Source: Candidatus Dojkabacteria bacterium
Lineage (GTDB): Bacteria > Patescibacteriota > Dojkabacteria > SC72
Reading direction: 5' to 3'
DNA length: 64,000 nt
Assembly (NCBI GenBank): GCA_040765985.1
Contig: JAXGRK010000004.1
Location: 5,773 to 69,772, forward strand
Positions 33,073 through 43,801 of this stretch are shown one piece after another. Made by a program: the position numbers and the translations under genes. Numbering within the stretch: position 1 is the first letter of the stretch; each line of letters opens with the position of its first letter. The notes beneath the pieces were generated by a model. That model did not search any database. It was not told the origin of the DNA and saw only the letters and a list, made by a program, of their open reading frames with translations.

Positions 33073-33764
33073 TGGCTGACATACAAGAAGAAGATATTAA
33101 TTCCATTGAAAATCTTATTGTTAAGCAACCTGATGTTAAAAAGGATAATATTGACAATACTGTAGAGGAAGAAACCCCTCTCGCTACTGTTTTATTATGT
33201 AAACAGCTATTGGGGAAGATTTTGAAGAAAATCCTGAAAAAGTTGTAATTAAAATGTTTGAAGATAGAAAAGAGATAGCTTTACGATATGATATGCCTAT
33301 ATATGAAGATTTCAAAGATAAAAAAGAATTCTATCTACAGTTAATAGATATTGCTAAGAAAAACAACTTTCCAATTTCCTATGTTAAAAAATCAGTATTA
33401 AGTAATATTGGAAGTGCTGGAGGAATCAACTCTAAAGGCGAAATTGTTGTTCCAGATATTGATTTTGGAAAACAGTACAGAGAAAGAAAGGTACTATTGG
33501 GGGATTGCATTTCAGCATGAATTGTTACACCTTTTACAATCCAAAATGAATCCTAGTATGTCTATTGAAAGAATGGAGTACGAAGCATATGTTCTAACAT
33601 CTATCCCAAATGCTTTGGGATTGCATGAAGATGCTCCGAAGGGATATTTTCAAGATTATCTTTTAACTAACGAACTATTTGAAAATATTATGAAATCTTG
33701 TCTAACTTATTATAAAAATATAGGAATTAAAACTGAAGATATTTCTTGGATTAAAAAGAGATAA
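33073..33764 (+). pseudogene. Hypothetical HExxH (putative zinc-metallopeptidase-like) protein, 2-3 frameshifts
   Basis: ATG at 33073 (MADIQEEDINSIENL..). ORFs 33254..33520 and 33408..33764 overlap. The latter carries WGIAFQHELLHLLQS. No signal peptide. Confidence 0.4.
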
Positions 33765-33805
33765 GAGATTGTAATTTGTAATAATAATTTAATATTAAAA
33801 TATCT

Positions 33806-34564
33806 ATGATATCTGTATTCATTTTTATCATTGTTCTTCAGGTTCTATTCTTTCTTTATGCCGCTATAAAGAAAACAGACAAAGTTACAGATCTATCCTA
33901 TGGTCTTACTTTCATACTTGCTTCAATATTTATATACCTACTAAATATTGAATACGCATCTCTATTCAAAACAATACTTGTTATTTTAGTATCTATTTGG
34001 GGATTAAGATTAGCAATATATCTATTTATTAGAATCTTAAAAACAGGTAAAGATAAAAGGTTTGATGGTGTGAGAGAAGATTTTAAAAGATTCGCATCAT
34101 TTTGGATACTTCAAGCAATTTCAATATTTATAATACTACTACCTACCACATACATTTTGATTAGTAAGGAAGATATGACTCTTAATTGGATATCATATAT
34201 TGGATTAGGGATATCTATTTTAGGTATTGTAATAGAAGGTATAGCTGATTACCAGAAGTATGTATTTAAGAATAAGGAAGAGAATAAAGGAAAATGGATT
34301 AGTTCAGGATTATGGAAATACTCTAGACATCCAAACTATTTAGGTGAGATTATGATGTGGGTTGGCATCTTTACTTACTGTATTGTATATATCAATGGGG
34401 TTGCTTTAATTACTATACTATCCCCTATTTATATTACAGTATTACTTGTAGCTGTAAGTGGTATACCTACTTTAGAAAAGGAGTATGATATTAGGTATAA
34501 GGATAACCAAGAATACTATAGATACAAGGATAAGACGGGCATACTATTTCCAAAGATTACATAA
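33806..34564 (+). CDS. DUF1295 / steroid-5-alpha-reductase-like polytopic membrane protein
   Basis: Intact 252 aa with ~6 TM. C-terminal GLWKYSRHPNYLGEIMMWVGIF motif typical of this family. Confidence 0.7.
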   Translation: MISVFIFIIVLQVLFFLYAAIKKTDKVTDLSYGLTFILASIFIYLLNIEYASLFKTILVILVSIWGLRLAIYLFIRILKTGKDKRFDGVREDFKRFASFWILQAISIFIILLPTTYILISKEDMTLNWISYIGLGISILGIVIEGIADYQKYVFKNKEENKGKWISSGLWKYSRHPNYLGEIMMWVGIFTYCIVYINGVALITILSPIYITVLLVAVSGIPTLEKEYDIRYKDNQEYYRYKDKTGILFPKIT

Positions 34565-34625
34565 AGTATTTTGTATGTTAAACTACTCTGTTGGTTACTT
34601 CTAATTAAAATTGGGTAATAAAGAT

Positions 34626-35425
34626 ATGAAAAAAAGTCAAAGAAGAAGATAATCAAAGAGAAAAAGAAAACTAAGAAAAAAGAGATTAGTAATAAAATAT
34701 TGTTCTATGTTTTAATATGTATTACATTCTTTTTGCTATTCATGTATGGATATATATTGGGTCTTCAGCATAAACATAGTGATCTTATCTCTAGAATCAT
34801 CCCTTCATATTTCATTCAAGAGGATGGGACAGAGATGTTAACAAAAACTTTTTATATTAAATCCAATTTTAATAATGAAAAAGTTAATATAATAAACTCA
34901 ATTTCTTTTCCTCATTCATGGCATTTTGATGAAATAAAGGTAGATGATGATAATAATAATAAAGATATTTTAAATGCAAAAAAATATGTAGTTTCTAGTC
35001 CCGAAGAGAATATAAAATTAATTATTACTCCTAAGAGTGTAAATAATCTTAGAAGTGTCATGTCTACAACTATAGATACAACACTTAATGTATTGTCTGG
35101 TGATGTAGTTGAGAAAAGATGTTTAGGTACCTATGATGTATTAGAATCAGAACAATTTGAATATATCTCTTTATATAGAGAGAATCTTAATTCAAATGAG
35201 ATTAAATATGTCCAAGAAGTTAGTTCTGTTGCGAATTCTCAAGAAAGTAATTATATTTCAGATGAGTTTCTTGTATTTAAGAGAAACGGTGGTTTTATTC
35301 CTGGTAAAGATTTTGTTTGGACTGCTGATATATCTTTAGAATTTGATGAATCTATGATTGATGCACAAAAGAATGAATACTTAATAATAATTGATGAGAT
35401 AGTATCTTCTTTGCGTATTAAGTAA
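34626..35425 (+). pseudogene. Membrane-anchored hypothetical protein, frameshift in the Lys/Glu-rich N-terminus
   Basis: ATG at 34626 (MKK..), then ORF 34700..35425 with TM FYVLICITFFLLFMYGYILGL and a ~200-aa unassignable ectodomain. Confidence 0.45.
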
Positions 35426-35540
35426 ACGGGTAATTTGGAAAAATATCAATTAAAACGAGTAACAAGTTGAATAGTATTGCCCTATCTAGATTTTTGTCAT
35501 ATTTGGATGTATAATATACCCAAAATTTATATATTTAAAT

Positions 35541-37142
35541 ATGGAAAGAGAGTCTTTAGACAAAGAGAGTTCAATTAGCTCTAAAATGAGTCGTAGAGAA
35601 TTCCTAAAATTTAGTATTACGGCCTTATCGATTGCTGCATTAAAAACAACAGGATGGAGTGTTATGGAGATTGATAATCAAGATGAAAATAATTTCGATG
35701 AAGCAGCTAAATCATATATTGCCAATACAAATAAACAGGCAGAATTGGTATCTCAAAATATAAAAATGGATAAAGGAGCTTCCCCTTCTAATATATGTGG
35801 CCCACTAGCTACATCTATTCTCATGGGTTGGAAATTAAATACTGATGGAACTATTTCAAACATCTCTAATAATAAAATGAGAGACACTAGGTTAAGTGGA
35901 ATAACTCCTGAAGTTATGTGGCTGGGTAGACCAGATGATGGTTCTAAGAGATATGAATATGCTTTTCCAGAAAGTGAATATAATAAATACCATATAAAAC
36001 AAAGTATCGGTACACTGGATTTTGATAATATTCCTAATATTAAAAATTTAAAACCTGGAGACTTTCTGTTTTTAGATGGTGGTTCCTTCACCCACTACGT
36101 CGCCATATCAAGAAAAGATAATCAAGGAAGAGTATTTTGTGTTTCAAATGTACATGGAGAAAAGAAAGGTGAGTTTGTAATTAAGGAACTTATGTTATGG
36201 GATCCTGTTAAAAAAGATGGATTTCTCAGAAATTGGTCTAAAGGAGTTGGCCCAGAGAAAGCTAGAACTGGTACATCTGGTTTCTATCTTTGGAGAAGAA
36301 AAGAGAAAGCAGAAAACTTAATAGATGATGATGTTGCAGAAAAATATAGAGATATTTTAACAAATGAAATGCGTAAACAGAAAAAAGGAGAATGGAATGT
36401 ATATGTAAACGAGATTGGTAAAGGAGAGATATTTTCTTGGAAAGAAAATATCCCATACCATGCTGCCTCAACAATTAAAGTTCCCATCTCTATTTTAAGT
36501 TTAGAAGTGATTAAAAATAAATATAGAGATGAAGTTTTTTTAAACGGATTGGAATCAGTACTTAACAGTAAAGGTGTAGATGGACGAACCTTTTATCAAT
36601 TAATTCATGCAATGTTAGTAAATTCAGAGGAGAATGCTACAGAGAGTTTGGCTCATTTCACATCTAAACATATAGATTTAAAAGATGGGTTTTTAGCTTT
36701 AGGAATGCATAATACTTCCTATGAACCAAGGAGAACAACTCAGAAAGATTTATTTAAATGTTGGGAAAATATATTTTCAAATGAGGCAATTGATTTTGAT
36801 ACAAAGGAAATTGCATTAGATATGCTTCAAGAGTATACAGAAAACGACGACCACTTTATTGGAGAAATGAAAAAAAGGTATTTTTATACAAAACAATGGA
36901 ACAAAAGAGGAACAATTGCTTCAGATATATGCACAGTACAAGATTGTGGTATTGTTGAAATACCAACACTAATTGGTTCTAGATGTCTATATATTGGTAT
37001 TGCTGGAACTTCAAAAACAGGAAAAGAGATTTCGTATGAAGAAGCATCTGAATTTATAAATTACTTAGTATCAAAGGTAGCAGATTATGTACGTGATAGT
37101 GCAACCATAAAGAATTTCAAGGGTAGATATATTAGGATATAA
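35541..37142 (+). CDS. Tat-signal exported fusion: papain-like (C39-like) cysteine peptidase domain + class-A beta-lactamase-fold serine hydrolase domain
   Basis: Intact 533 aa. Twin-arginine motif SRREFLKFSITALSIAALK; N-domain Cys/His contexts SPSNICGPLATSILMGW and GGSFTHYVAISRKD; C-domain HAASTIKV (SxxK), NSEENATE (SxN-like), NKRGTIASD (K-T/R-G-like). Confidence 0.6.
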   Translation: MERESLDKESSISSKMSRREFLKFSITALSIAALKTTGWSVMEIDNQDENNFDEAAKSYIANTNKQAELVSQNIKMDKGASPSNICGPLATSILMGWKLNTDGTISNISNNKMRDTRLSGITPEVMWLGRPDDGSKRYEYAFPESEYNKYHIKQSIGTLDFDNIPNIKNLKPGDFLFLDGGSFTHYVAISRKDNQGRVFCVSNVHGEKKGEFVIKELMLWDPVKKDGFLRNWSKGVGPEKARTGTSGFYLWRRKEKAENLIDDDVAEKYRDILTNEMRKQKKGEWNVYVNEIGKGEIFSWKENIPYHAASTIKVPISILSLEVIKNKYRDEVFLNGLESVLNSKGVDGRTFYQLIHAMLVNSEENATESLAHFTSKHIDLKDGFLALGMHNTSYEPRRTTQKDLFKCWENIFSNEAIDFDTKEIALDMLQEYTENDDHFIGEMKKRYFYTKQWNKRGTIASDICTVQDCGIVEIPTLIGSRCLYIGIAGTSKTGKEISYEEASEFINYLVSKVADYVRDSATIKNFKGRYIRI

Positions 37143-37272
37143 GTTAACTTATACTTATGTTTTTAAATCTAGGGAATTGTATATATAAAGAGAAAAGCCC
37201 GAGATTTATGAAGTTATTGTTAGTAAAAAATTTACCAAACGAACCTCTACTCAGAGCTTTTTCTTGTACTTT

Positions 37273-37578
37273 CTATGGAAGTTTAACAATAATCGCCCAT
37301 ATTTGCATAAAAAAGACTAAATTACAGATGATTTGACCAATGAGATTTAATTCTTTATAGAGAATATGAACTAACGTAAAAAGAAAGCTTAATCCGATTA
37401 AAAAGAAAAGAACACTAATTTCTTTTAGAAATACATTTGTTAGCATTGCTAGTGCAATATCAATAGGTATTGGTACTTTTAAAAAATCCAAAAGTATAAC
37501 TGCACCGTCAAAACCCACTGATCCTATCAATGTAAATGTCTGCCACAAGATTAATAATTTCACTATTTTTTTAGGCAT
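37273..37578 (-). CDS. Small 3-TM membrane protein, unknown function
   Basis: Intact 101-aa ORF dominated by hydrophobic helices. No homology recognised. Confidence 0.4.
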   Translation of the reverse strand: MPKKIVKLLILWQTFTLIGSVGFDGAVILLDFLKVPIPIDIALAMLTNVFLKEISVLFFLIGLSFLFTLVHILYKELNLIGQIICNLVFFMQIWAIIVKLP

Positions 37579-37634
37579 TTCTATCTCCTTTTATTGTACA
37601 TATTTACAGCAGTTAAATGCTGACATATCCGAAT

Positions 37635-37680
37635 GGATAGCTTTAATGGTATTAAATATTTAATACTAAAAAAGCTATCC
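37635..37680. repeat. Nested inverted repeat (10-bp outer stem enclosing an 18-bp perfect palindrome) in an intergenic gap
   Basis: GGATAGCTTT-aatg-GTATTAAATATTTAATAC-taaa-AAAGCTATCC, between the stop of 37815..38210 and the start of 37273..37578. Confidence 0.7.
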
Positions 37681-37814
37681 ACTCATAAAAAAGAGTTATA
37701 TAACCTTCCATAGATTTTTAAAGTGCAAGATAGATATATTATATCAAAAAAGAGAAGAATTTACTATGGGATAGTATACTGCTGGTAGGAGGAATTTGAC
37801 AGAATTTAAGGTAA

Positions 37815-38210
37815 TTATTTAGTTAATTCTAGACATTCGAAAGTATTAACTTTTCTACCATTTGAAATACCTTGATCAGAGTATGAACAACCAGTACCAC
37901 AGGAGTAGTCCCAGTTTTCTTCCTTTAAATCTTTCTTTTCAGCTTCTTTTATTGCCCACTCACGACATTCTTCTAGTGTTTGGAACTGTCCATCATCTAT
38001 AATTGAATGAGAACCTACATACCACATAGAGCCATACCAAGGATATTTCATATCGTGTTCCTCATCTTTTTCCATAGCAAGGTTAATAAGAAACCCTACA
38101 AAAATAATACCTATAAGATATTTCAATAAGGTCAAACAACCCGTAGCGACCTTCTTTTTTGTTGAGATTTCTTCTTTCGGTTCATCTATAAAGGATGTGT
38201 GATTGATCAT
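37815..38210 (-). CDS. Small single-pass membrane protein with Cys-containing ectodomain, unknown function
   Basis: Intact 131 aa. TM CLTLLKYLIGIIFVGFLINLA, then a Trp/Cys-rich domain (..ECREWAIKEAEK..DYSCGTGCSYSD..FECLE). Confidence 0.45.
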   Translation of the reverse strand: MINHTSFIDEPKEEISTKKKVATGCLTLLKYLIGIIFVGFLINLAMEKDEEHDMKYPWYGSMWYVGSHSIIDDGQFQTLEECREWAIKEAEKKDLKEENWDYSCGTGCSYSDQGISNGRKVNTFECLELTK

Positions 38211-38262
38211 ACTTATTGATGATAAAATAGAAGAATATATATTTTAATAGTAGTGTAAAATC

Positions 38263-38340
38263 TGGGGTGGATGATGGGAATTGAACCCACAACATTCGGT
38301 TCCACAAACCGATGCTCTAACCAATTGAGCTACATCCACC
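38263..38340 (-). tRNA. tRNA-His (anticodon GUG) with genome-encoded G(-1) and CCA
   Basis: Minus strand G-GTGGATGTAGCTCAATTGGTTAGAGCATCGGTTTGTGGAACCGAATGTTGTGGGTTCAATTCCCATCATCCAC-C-CCA. Anticodon stem TCGGT/ACCGA with loop UUGUGGA. Confidence 0.9.
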
Positions 38341-38361
38341 ATATGAATAGATTATACCAGA

Positions 38362-39688
38362 CTATTTCTTTTTCTGATAACTAATATTAAACTCTTTTTC
38401 AAAAGAAGATTCCTTTATCAATCCTCTCATCTCTTCCTCACTCATATCACTCTCTATCCATATATGAGGTGGAGTTTTTAATTTTTGTTCTAAATACTTT
38501 TTAATATCTAATATCTTAACCTTCTTTGCTTCTTTAATAGATATGTTTGTATTAAAAATATCTGTTCCCTCAAAAAATGATGTTGCTGCCCCCTCTGCTA
38601 ACTCTTCATTGAATTTAGTAGTCCTAGGGAAAATATATGTACTAATTACATCATCAAACCACTCTTTACCCTTTTTTGATTTTAAAAAATTCAAAGCTTT
38701 TGTGTAAAGAAGAATATATAACTCCTCCAAAGTCTTTTTAACCTTATCCTTCTCTGAAATAAACCTAAAACCATTCATATCATAACCATACGCTAAGCCC
38801 CCTGCTCTAAATGTAGAGAAATCATATATTAAACTTAATTTCTCTCTTAAAATATCATAAGCCAACCAATCGAGTAATCTTGCATATATATATGCTGTAG
38901 CATACTGTTTGTAATCTGTCTTTTTCTCTGTCTTATCGAAATATATGAAAGAGATATTGATACCATTAGCCCTATCATCTGTAAATGTCCCTACCCTATA
39001 TCTATTCTTAATTTCAATATCTCGAAAGCTATCCATCTCTGAAGGTTTAATCTTTTTAGAAATCTCCTCTAATTTCTTGATTACTGTACTCTTTAATTCT
39101 CCTTTACTTTGAATTGCAAAAACGCAATTACCAGTTACAAATCTTTTACTGTAATACTTTTCTAAATCATCAACAGTTATCTTTTTAATTTCCTCTATCT
39201 CTCCAAGTACATCGTAAGTAAACTCATCTTGTATATCTTTGAAGAAGAAATCTAAACTTAAAAGGTAGGGATCTTTCTCTTTTTTAAGTTTTCTACTCTT
39301 TTCGGCTAAGATAATGCCTCTCTCTTTCTCCATCTGAGTACTAAACCTCTTTTTAGAGAAAGTAATCAAGTACTCCAACCTTTCTAAAACTCTCATATAC
39401 CCTTTCTCGTTTGAATTACATGTAAAGTAAATATTTTTTCTTGTTGTATTCGCATTTGTATATAGTTACCTTAGGATTTTATCTATATACCCTGTTTTCA
39501 GAACCTATCTATTTCTGATTTATTTTTAAAAAATACCATTGGATTAAAAACCATATGCTCTAAAAAATGTGGCAGTACCATGAGAATAGCCCCAACAGTT
39601 TCAAAACAGCTACCTGCTTTTAAAAAGAAAGGATTGTAAAATTAAAATCAATTGTTGCAAGGATTATCTTCAAAGTGAACAACTTTCA
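38362..39688 (-). pseudogene. Peptidase M16 (pitrilysin/insulinase) family protein; N-terminal ~100 codons frameshifted
   Basis: The 344-aa ORF 38362..39396 is intact. Upstream, from ATG 39688, MKVVHFEDNP... and the zinc motif HGTAHFLEHMVF (HxxEH) read in shifted frames. Confidence 0.65.
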
Positions 39689-39743
39689 TACATTGTCAGA
39701 TTTCATATATGTATATATAATATTATTGTATCTATTTTTAGTT

Positions 39744-40603
39744 ATGATAATTTTAACATATACTGTATAATATTATTCTAGGTATACATATTCAGCATAT
39801 TCCGTAAAAAATTAGAAAAATACTCTAACAAAGGAAAGGAAGAATGTTTTATGAATTCTTTAAAACAGGTGATAAAGAGCAGTATGGAGAAGGAGATATG
39901 TTTTGGGGTATTACAATTACCAAATATTAGAGATATAGCATGTATAAAAGATATTTCAAAGATATATCTTTTGAAGAGTAAAAGGATTGATAGAGGTAAA
40001 TACATGAAATTGGAGTTAACAGGATACATAATACTTACATATAAATATAGAGAAAGGAGACAGGGAGAGAAAAAAGTATATAGATTCTATATTAATATTA
40101 TGCTTGTAAGGGATGTAATAGCTGGGACACATTTATCAGTTTATCATGTTCTAAGATTATTGGTAACTACTTAGTAGAAGTAAAAGTAAAAGAGATATTC
40201 TATATACCTTAATAAAGTAATAATTTTATGAAACAAAGAATATCCATTGTGTATCTACCTACTCTTTTATTAAACAGAATGATTTAAAAAGATACACTAA
40301 AAATATCAAAGATGTTACTTATATAAACATGATTTAATACATAAGGCAGTAGGATGGATGTTAAGAGAGGTCAGTAAAAAAGATATGGATGTATTAAGAA
40401 AATTTCTAAATATAAGTATAAAAAGAAAATGCCTAGAACAACATAGATACATATTGAAAGTGAATAAAAGGAGAGAGAGGGAATATCTATTTAAGTATGT
40501 AATTTCCTGCTATATTATATCAGAACCTATGCCTATTCCACAAATGTTAAGGCTCATTTTAGGTGTTACTGTTACAATATGCTTTAACATAAGACCTTTC
40601 TAG
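39744..40603 (+). pseudogene. DNA alkylation repair enzyme (AlkD-like HEAT-repeat family), heavily frameshifted
   Basis: Fragments FFKTGDKEQYGEGDMFWG, LPNIRDIACIKDISKI, HKAVGWMLREVSKKDMDVLRKFL, KMPRTT / RYILKVNKRREREYL are distributed over all three frames. True 3' end probably near 40500. Confidence 0.6.
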
Positions 40604-40604
40604 T

Positions 40605-42417
40605 ATGTCTAAAAAAAGAAAAGTTTAACATTAAAAGATTATTTTCAAATTTCATTATGGTCGTTAAAGATTAATTGGGAGATATCTCCTTTTATCACAG
40701 TTGTATATTTTATCCACGATTTTTAATAATATAAACAGTATCCTCTATTCTTTTGTAATTGGAGTTATTATTGATACATTAATAAAGCTTTCGAATGAAA
40801 GTATAAGAGATATAAGTAGTTTAATACCCTTAATATTATATCTTGGAGGTATAGAGCTTTTAGTAATCATATCTAATTCTCTATCTGGAGAATATTGTAA
40901 TCGTTTTAAACGAAGGTTAACTAGATCTTACCTTTCTCGTTTTGAATATGAGAAATTAATGAATTAGGAGTTCCAGACTATACAGCTTCCAGAAGTGACC
41001 AATGATAAAATGCAGATAACTCATGATTGGTTATGGAACATTCCAGATGCCAAGTGAGATTATAGTGGATTTTAGTATATGCCTTTGTTGAGCAATTATT
41101 GCGGGGACGGTATTTCCGATTTTCTCCTTGGATTAGTTTGGCCATTTTACTTGTTCAATACCATATTATTTCCAAAAGAAAGTTGTAGCATCTTAAAGAT
41201 TTTGAATGGCAAACATCGAAAAAAATGTTGAATTAACAAAGAAAACGGTGGATACAACATTCTCACTGTAAGTTCTGATCAAATTGATGAAATATCTTTA
41301 GTTAGTGGTTTTAGATTTTTTGACAAAAAATTCCGTGATTTTTTGATTACTTTAATAAAAGGTTTTGATAAAATATTAAAGAAAGAGGAATTTTCAGGTT
41401 TGAAATTGAGATTTTAAATCTCTTAGTAATACTTAGTGTAGTTCAATGCAAGTATTCTTTACATGGTTTTAAAACAGAGTATATCCATTGGACAAACGAC
41501 ATTTTTTCTGAAATTACTGTCAAAATTTTTATGGTGGAATCTCGGGATTGTTTTCTAATATAATATATCTTAGGGATATTGTCTTAAAGTAAAGTATAGA
41601 TTTTCAATAGCAGATCTGCAATAGTAGATGGAAATACGAAGCTTGAGAGATTAGATTACACCTCCATCCATTAAAGATCAAATAATATAACGTTTAAATA
41701 TCAAATTCAGAAGTATGTTGAAATTTTTCTTTAATTATACACTCTAGTGAAAAGCTCATGATAATAAAGTAGGAAAATGGTGCGAGGAAGAGAAAATCGA
41801 CTTTGGTCAACTTCTTTGCCTTAAGAATTTATGATCCTCAGAAAGGTGCAATATTAATAAATGGAATAAATCTTAAAGAGCTTTCATGAATGATTGGTAT
41901 AAAAACATGGGAGTACTTTTCAGGAATTTTTAATTTTTATGGAAATTTAACCGCTGGAGAAAATATATATATATAGGAAAGTCTGTTAAAAAATTAGATA
42001 TGAAAAAAATCAAAATTGCTAAAAATGCTGATGCCCATGATTTTATAATCAAGTATAAAAATGAATTTCATTAGGTATGAATGAAAAATTTAAAATGGTA
42101 TTAGACAAGTAATGGTCAGCAACAAAAAATTGCTATTGCTAAATTCTTTTACAGAGATACTCCTTTCGCTATATTTGATGAACCTACATCAACAATAGAT
42201 GCTGATTCAGGTATAAAATATTAATAAAATATATAAATTTCACTAATAAAACAGTAGTAATTATCTATAAATTCTCAACTTGATTAGAAATTAGATAGAA
42301 TCATCTGCATTATTAGAGATACGAGGAAAATAAATTGAAGAAAGTACACATAAACAGCTTATTGAATTAAATAAAATATACGCTGATAATTTTAGAAAAC
42401 AGGCAGAAGAGGTATAA
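40605..42417 (+). pseudogene. ABC exporter, fused permease-ATPase (MsbA-like), very heavily disrupted
   Basis: N-terminal TM region in ORF 40701..40967. NBD fragments [68 protein letters not shown], and end ..YADNFRKQAEEV*. Confidence 0.7.
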
Positions 42418-42468
42418 CTAATAGTAAAAGCAGTAAAGTATTCTATTAATTTGTACATATTTTAAAAA

Positions 42469-43150
42469 TGTTTAAAACAATGTTAATATCTTTAGCAATA
42501 ACCTTTATTTCTTTTCAGAGGTATACCACTACCAATGATGAAGTATCTAGTCACAATATATACTCCCTCAGATTGTTGGGTAATATTTGAAGAAGGTATA
42601 TGATTTAACAGAGTATCTTAACTTCAACATGATGTATGTTAGATATTCGTAGTGGTGTGGATTAGATATGACCCAAGACTTTATAACTAAAGATGATACA
42701 GGAATAGATCATAAGTATAGTAGCTATTCTTTGCTTGAGCAATCCATTAGTGATATTACAGATGAGCAAAAAGTTGTATTATACAACGATACTCAGCAGA
42801 CATCTGTAACTAATGATACTAGTACTGAAAGAAAGTTATTGAATTCTAATCCTTACAATCTAATAGTTCCCTACTCCTATCAATCTCCCTATACTGGATT
42901 CCTACTTAATGATTAAGAAAAATAATCCAGGAGGTATTAAGAAATTTAACGCATTCTGGAGATTGTTTTAATATTTTTACTTGTAGTCCCTGCACATGGA
43001 TTTGGTATATACATGATACTTAGATACAAAGTTCCTTCACTGTGGAATACCAATTTTAATTTTATGTATTGGCATGTGACTATCATTAGCAATGGGAATA
43101 CTGAGTACTAAGTCACTTTTTACAAAGATTGAAGATATATTTCTCTCAAG
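42469..43150 (+). pseudogene. Hypothetical secreted/membrane protein, disrupted
   Basis: Begins MFKTMLISLAITFISF. ORF 42668..42916 lies inside, with a hydrophobic tail near 43000-43130. No domain recognised; boundaries approximate. Confidence 0.25.
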
Positions 43151-43234
43151 TTAAAAAATTAGAACAAAGATATTTGATATTTTATTCAACATTATCTATA
43201 CTTTTTAACATTAATTTATTAAAGTTTTTTTCAA

Positions 43235-43791
43235 ATGGAGTATGCAATTGGAATATTAATATTAGTTGGTATATTAGTAATTTACGTAATCTCTCTTAAC
43301 AATACGCTTGTTAAGATGAAATTAACTATAAATATGAGGCAATAGCGGATATTGAGACATTTTTGAAACAGAGATACGATATGATTCCTAACCTTGTATT
43401 GAGACAGTAAAAGGATATGCTAAACATGAAAAAGGAATATTTGAGAATGTTTCAGAGTTAAGAAGTAAAGCTATGAGTGCAGGAAATTATTGAAGAAAAT
43501 TCAGTGGAGGAGAGCTTCAGAAAGGATATCAAAGATTTTTGCTATAGCAGAAGGCTATCCAGAACTAAAAGCAAATGAGAACTTTCTTAATCTTCAAGCA
43601 AATCTTAAAGATATGAAGAGATGAGATACAGGAAATCTAGAAGGTTTTTACAATGGGACTGTAAGAGACTTTAATACTAAGATACAGGTATTCCAAATAG
43701 TAAATTGTTTTGAATGTATTTAGGCTTTAAAGCATTTCCATTTTTAGAAGCAACTGAAGAAGAAAAGAAGAATGTTGAGGTTAAATTCTAA
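43235..43791 (+). pseudogene. lemA: LemA family protein, heavily frameshifted
   Basis: MEYAIGILILVGILVIYVISLNNTLVKMK..; AEGYPELKANENFLNLQANLKD; RRFYNGTVRDFNTKIQVF; FKAFPFLEATEEEKKNVEVKF*. Confidence 0.7.
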
Positions 43792-43801
43792 CTTAGTTAG
43801 A

